Part shown: positions 59,349 to 64,000 of the stretch, in pieces
How positions within the stretch are numbered: the stretch's first letter is position 1
Layout of the letters: each line of letters begins with the position of its first letter
NCBI GenBank assembly: GCA_964607285.1
Contig: CAZSJW010000004.1
Location: forward strand, 7,063 to 71,062
Direction: 5' to 3'
DNA from: an uncultured Pseudomonadales bacterium
GTDB lineage: Bacteria; Patescibacteriota; Microgenomatia; UBA1400; PJMF01
Length of the DNA: 64,000 nt
Position numbers and translations under genes: made by a program
The notes under the pieces: model-generated
Databases searched by the model: none
Told to the model about the DNA's origin: nothing
What the model saw: only the letters and a program-made list of their open reading frames with translations

Positions 59349-61436
59349 ATGTACACGTTCGCCACTCCACTGGAAACCGTCAAAGGCATTGGTCCTAAGT
59401 TACAGCAACTACTTGTTGATGCAAGCATTTTCACCGTTGGTGACCTACTTAAAACCGTACCGCTTGGCTACGACGATCGATCACAGTTGCTACCTGTTGC
59501 AGAACTCAAAACACAAGAACCAAACGCACCATGCAGCATCAAAGCGCAGGTGTTCAACACCAGTATGGTTCGCAGACCTGGACGCACAATGCAGACTGCT
59601 ACGGTCAAAGATGAAAGTGGCAGCACCAAGCTGCTGTGGTTTAACAACTCCTTTGTAATCCCATCTCTCAAACGGGGGGAGTGGTACTACTTTGCAGGTA
59701 AAATCAGCAAAACTGGCACTCTAATTCAACCAACTTTTGAACGCGCAACTGGAGAGACTCTTCACACAAATCGCCTTGTACCAAGGTACACCGGTACGCT
59801 CCTACTCAAACAAGGCTCACTGCGACGAATTCTCAAGCATATTTTGGATGACTTACTCAAGAATGATGTGCCTGAAGATGACGAACTTACTCAAGTAGCA
59901 GCAAAACTATCCTATAGCGTTCCTACAATACTACAAAGTCTATCAATCTTGCACTTTCCCGACTCGCAAGAGGCTGTTCCTGCGGCACGAGAACGCTTAG
60001 CCCTAGAAGAACTGATCTCACTCATCAAAGAATCGAAACGCCTAAAACTCGAGTGGCAGGAAATGAGTACGCCCAGTGCGCAACTCAAGCAACTACCCGA
60101 ACGTCACGAATCCGAGCAGAGTATTACAACAATTCTAGGCACTTACAATCTACCGACCTTACCATTTTCCCTGACTGCAGCACAGCAAAAAAGCCTGACA
60201 GACATCCTCAACGACCTGAGCAACACGCAACCCATGAATAGACTCCTAGTGGGCGACGTGGGATCTGGTAAAACAATTGTCGCATTCCTCGCACTCGAAG
60301 CAATCATTCTATCAGGTTCGCACGCTGTCCTGATTGCGCCTACTCAGATCTTAGCGGAACAACACGCTCGAAAATTTGTCGAGCAGTTTCCCCAGATTCC
60401 AAGCATGCTCATAACAGGCAAGTCACTCCGAGAAACCCCAGAAACACCCACCTGCCTGATTGGAACACATGCTATCCTCAGTCGCTGGGAACAACTATCC
60501 GAACATGCCTCGGTGGGATTAGTAGTCTTTGACGAGCAACACAGATTCGGGGTAGGACAGCGTTCTGAACTCTTTGCGCATACCAACGAAACAATTCCAC
60601 ATCGCCTAACGATGACTGCTACACCAATCCCCAGAAGCTTGATGCTAACGATTTTTTCACACCTCTCACTCTCTGTGATAGATGAGCTACCAGCTAACCG
60701 CTTGCCCACGAAAACATGGCTGCTGCCAGAGAAGAAGCGTGAAAACTTTCACGAGTGGCTTGCAACCGAGATCAAGACAGGAAAGTCCCGTGAAAAATTA
60801 TTCCAGGCTATAATTGTCTGCCCTTTCATTGATAAATCGGAGCAGGAAAGTCATGAGCATATTCCAGCAGCCACGGATCGCTTTGCCGAGTTGCAATCAT
60901 GGGCTTCACAAAACCAGATCAAGATTGCACTCCTGCACAGTAGACTGCCCGCCAAACAGAAACAAACAACCATAACAGCTTTGTTTGCCGGTGAAATTGA
61001 TGTGCTGGTTACCACCCCAATTGTTGAGGTTGGTGTGGATATTCCCCAAGCCAGCGCCATGGTTATAGAAGCTGCCGAACGATTTGGCTTGGCAAGTCTC
61101 CATCAGCTTCGGGGTAGAGTAGGAAGAGCAGGACAGCAGGGGTACTGTGCTTTGTTTCGCTCGCCAGATTCACCCAGCACACCCAATAAACGACTCAAGT
61201 TATTCACTGAGACAAACTCAGGGCAAGAGTTAGCAGATCTAGACTTACAATTCCGAGGTCCAGGCGATCTTTTTGGCACCCAACAAAGCGGCTTTGATCA
61301 CCTGCAGTTTGCCAGCTGGACAAACTTTGAGCTAATTGGCAGAGCAAAGCACATCGCCGATCATCTTTCTCCCGATTGGCAATCGTTCTTGACTACGCAT
61401 AATACAGGACGTGACTTTACGCTGCTCGCAAACTAG
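59349..61436 (+). CDS. recG: ATP-dependent DNA helicase RecG
   Basis: VKGIGPK, WFN wedge domain, GDVGSGKT, DEQHRFG, TATPIPR, QLRGRVGR, DLQFRGPG. Confidence 0.95.
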   Translation: MYTFATPLETVKGIGPKLQQLLVDASIFTVGDLLKTVPLGYDDRSQLLPVAELKTQEPNAPCSIKAQVFNTSMVRRPGRTMQTATVKDESGSTKLLWFNNSFVIPSLKRGEWYYFAGKISKTGTLIQPTFERATGETLHTNRLVPRYTGTLLLKQGSLRRILKHILDDLLKNDVPEDDELTQVAAKLSYSVPTILQSLSILHFPDSQEAVPAARERLALEELISLIKESKRLKLEWQEMSTPSAQLKQLPERHESEQSITTILGTYNLPTLPFSLTAAQQKSLTDILNDLSNTQPMNRLLVGDVGSGKTIVAFLALEAIILSGSHAVLIAPTQILAEQHARKFVEQFPQIPSMLITGKSLRETPETPTCLIGTHAILSRWEQLSEHASVGLVVFDEQHRFGVGQRSELFAHTNETIPHRLTMTATPIPRSLMLTIFSHLSLSVIDELPANRLPTKTWLLPEKKRENFHEWLATEIKTGKSREKLFQAIIVCPFIDKSEQESHEHIPAATDRFAELQSWASQNQIKIALLHSRLPAKQKQTTITALFAGEIDVLVTTPIVEVGVDIPQASAMVIEAAERFGLASLHQLRGRVGRAGQQGYCALFRSPDSPSTPNKRLKLFTETNSGQELADLDLQFRGPGDLFGTQQSGFDHLQFASWTNFELIGRAKHIADHLSPDWQSFLTTHNTGRDFTLLAN

Positions 61437-61583
61437 GGAAGTCAAGTGCGCTGCTCACCGATCATCTATATAAGTATTTTATGTTGTTGGTTTTTCAAGC
61501 CTTTTGTGGTATCATAGCAACTTCTGCTCAGCAGGAATTACATACAGAATACGTACAAACTACTATTACAGGGCACTGAGCCC

Positions 61584-64000
61584 ATGCCACTGCCACCAAT
61601 CACAATCATTATTCCGGTTAAAAATGAAGAGCGGTCACTGACACCGTTGGTTGCTCGTATTGATGCCGCACTAACTGCTCGAAAAATCAAATACTCAGTC
61701 ATCGTCATAGACGATCACTCCACTGATGATACAGAAAAAGTTCTCAATCGGCTTGCAAAAAACTTTCCCCTAACCTGGCGTGTCAAACAAGGCAAACCTG
61801 GCAAAGCATTTTCCATCCTGGAAGCTGCAGAGATCGCTACCACTCCGTACCTAGCGATGATCGATGCAGACTTGCAGTACCCCCCAGAAGTCATCCCTGA
61901 CATGCTGGAGTTGACCCAACAGTTTGGAGTCGTGGTGGCCCGACGCAAAATTCAAGAAGAAGGCTTTTTGCGTAAAGTAACTAGTACTGGTTTTCGATTC
62001 TTTTTTGGCAGAGTGCTGTATGGTTTAACCGTTGACGTTCAATCTGGACTCAAAGTGTTTCGCCGAGACATCATTCAGCATGTACTTACCGAAGACGTTG
62101 GTCCTTGGACAATTGACATTCCATTATTAAATACCGCGCTTGAACTTGGCTACACCATTGGTGAAGTTGAAATTGATTTTGCCGCTAGAGAGTTTGGCGA
62201 GTCAAAAATCAAACTGTTCCAAAGCATTCGCGACATTGGTGGACATGCCATAACCTACAAACTTAAACAACGAGCACCGCTTCAAATTCCACCAGAGTCT
62301 CCCGATACCATGACTGGTGCAGGTGTGATTCTGAAAAAAACTGAGTTCGTCACCCACACAACGCTGGAACACGAAAACTCAGCAGTGTACACCGTGACAC
62401 CAAAACAGAAGCTGACGGTATTGGCGTTGCTCGCCATAATTATTTTGGGAGTATCATTTAATGCGCTCGAGACTGCCAAAGTCCTCGTTGCCATCCTAAG
62501 CTTCATTTACTTTATAGATGTATTGTTTAATCTATTCCTTATTGTCCGCAGTCTACGCAACCCACCCGAGCTGGTAGTTTCAGATGCCGAACTAGCCAAA
62601 CTTCGTGACAAAGACTTACCAACCTACACAATTCTTTGCCCACTATATAAAGAAGCGCACATCCTGCCAATGTTCTTGGAATCAATCAGCAAAATGGATT
62701 GGCCAAAAAATAAACTCGAAGTGTTGCTGCTCTTAGAAAAAGACGATCGAACAACTGTTGAAGCTGCATACGCAATGAACTTGCCAAAGTATGTCAAAGT
62801 TCTCGTCGTCCCTGACTCACAACCAAAGACCAAACCAAAAGCATGCAACTATGGACTCAACCATGCGCATGGTGAGTACCTTGTAATCTACGACGCAGAG
62901 GACATTCCTGATCCACAGCAGCTCAAGAAAGTCTACGCAGCATTCCAAAGTGTGCCAAGCAACATTCGTTGTATTCAAGCTAAACTCAACTACTTTAATC
63001 CTAATCAAAACTTGTTAACTCGTTTCTTCACTTCAGAGTACTCGCTGTGGTTTGACGTGATCTTAACTGGTTTGCAGTCCATCAATACAACAATTCCCCT
63101 TGGTGGCACCAGCAATCACTTCCGCACCCAAGACTTATTAGAACTCAAAGGCTGGGATCCGTTCAATGTTACGGAAGATGCAGACCTTGGTATTCGTTTG
63201 TTCAAGCTCGGTGCCAAAACCGCCATCATTGACTCCATAACCCTCGAAGAAGCAAATAGTAGTTGGACCAACTGGCTGCGCCAGCGCTCCCGCTGGATCA
63301 AGGGATACATGCAGACGTACTTGGTACACATGCGCCACCCAATCACCTTCATGCGCGAGAACGGTATTCATGCTCTGGTGTTCCACCTGACCATGGGTGG
63401 CAAAATTGCCTTTTTGTTCATCAATCCACTTATGTGGTTTTTGACTATTGGGTACTTTGCGGCATACGCTTGGGTTGGACCCACGATCGAAGAATTGTAT
63501 CCATCTATTGTTTTCTACATGGCCGGTAGCTCACTGGTCTTCGGCAACTTCATGTTCATGTACTACTACATGATTGGCGTTGCCAAAAGAGAGCAGTGGC
63601 AACTAATGAAATTTGTGTTATGTATTCCTTTTTATTGGTTGATGGTTAGTGCTGCCGCATGTATTGCTTTACAGCAGTTAATTTTCAAACCACATTATTG
63701 GGAAAAAACTATTCATGGGCTGCACCTCAAAAAAGAAAAACTAGAAGAAGAATTGCAGGAGCAGCAGGAAGCGGTGATTCCAGCGTTGGCGGCCACGCAT
63801 ATTCCGACTGAAAAACCATCTCGGTGGTGGAGTCCAGGACGCTTAACCAATCTCATGAAGCAGCGCAAAGTCTATGTTAGCGGAACAATTTTAGTGGGAG
63901 CTTCGTTGGTTGCAAGTTTGATGAACTTAGCACTTAGTGCCTATTTGGGTCGCACGCTTCCATTAGCAACTTTTGGACTTTTGAACCTAGTCAATAGTTT
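61584..64000 (+). CDS. Multidomain glycosyltransferase: GT2 + processive GT2 + start of a Wzx/MATE-like flippase (3' truncated by the window)
   Basis: Frame in register at the points checked from ATG 61584 to the window end: IIIPVKNEE...IDDHSTD...DADLQY; LPTYTILCPLYKE, YDAED, TEDAD, QRSRW, HYWEKT; then SGTILVGASLVASLMNL...LGRTL...FG. Confidence 0.85.
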   Translation, partial: MPLPPITIIIPVKNEERSLTPLVARIDAALTARKIKYSVIVIDDHSTDDTEKVLNRLAKNFPLTWRVKQGKPGKAFSILEAAEIATTPYLAMIDADLQYPPEVIPDMLELTQQFGVVVARRKIQEEGFLRKVTSTGFRFFFGRVLYGLTVDVQSGLKVFRRDIIQHVLTEDVGPWTIDIPLLNTALELGYTIGEVEIDFAAREFGESKIKLFQSIRDIGGHAITYKLKQRAPLQIPPESPDTMTGAGVILKKTEFVTHTTLEHENSAVYTVTPKQKLTVLALLAIIILGVSFNALETAKVLVAILSFIYFIDVLFNLFLIVRSLRNPPELVVSDAELAKLRDKDLPTYTILCPLYKEAHILPMFLESISKMDWPKNKLEVLLLLEKDDRTTVEAAYAMNLPKYVKVLVVPDSQPKTKPKACNYGLNHAHGEYLVIYDAEDIPDPQQLKKVYAAFQSVPSNIRCIQAKLNYFNPNQNLLTRFFTSEYSLWFDVILTGLQSINTTIPLGGTSNHFRTQDLLELKGWDPFNVTEDADLGIRLFKLGAKTAIIDSITLEEANSSWTNWLRQRSRWIKGYMQTYLVHMRHPITFMRENGIHALVFHLTMGGKIAFLFINPLMWFLTIGYFAAYAWVGPTIEELYPSIVFYMAGSSLVFGNFMFMYYYMIGVAKREQWQLMKFVLCIPFYWLMVSAAACIALQQLIFKPHYWEKTIHGLHLKKEKLEEELQEQQEAVIPALAATHIPTEKPSRWWSPGRLTNLMKQRKVYVSGTILVGASLVASLMNLALSAYLGRTLPLATFGLLNLVNS

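Noticed and set aside
738-63529. Numerous short antisense or alternate-frame ORFs in the track (e.g. 33020-33652, 53227-53889, 38999-39547)
   Set aside because: They are shadows of well-supported genes, with no motifs or independent start signals.

Overview
Chromosomal segment of a small-genome bacterium using the standard genetic code. It is most likely Patescibacteria/CPR, Microgenomates-like. This is inferred from the DUF5660-like gene, a trigger factor without PPIase domain, PheT without the B2 domain, many GT-C membrane proteins and -10 boxes directly in front of start codons. Housekeeping genes (clpB end, lon, tpiA, uvrD/pcrA, femABX, pyrH, gap, comM, uppP, miaA/miaB, tig, infC-rpmI-rplT, pheST, PBP1A, tyrS, recG) are interspersed with ORFans. 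RNA genes: tRNA-Ile, tRNA-Cys, tRNA-Val, RNase P RNA and a candidate 6S RNA. The most striking signal is an apparent aromatic amino acid sensing and quality-control system with three parts. (1) A tyrosine-rich leader peptide (MKTKQQNTSYYYTYSTLVEAGL) with terminator/antiterminator precedes a prephenate dehydrogenase and a TyrRS fused to a B3/4 editing-type domain. (2) A sequence-related terminator follows rplT, and the 3' end of the L20 coding sequence, just after two Phe codons, can pair as its antiterminator. (3) Downstream of it, PheS is fused to an AlaX-like editing domain. Many ORFans also appear broken by single missing bases while conserved genes are intact (assembly error or pseudogenisation). 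All calls were made by eye, without database searches or folding software.
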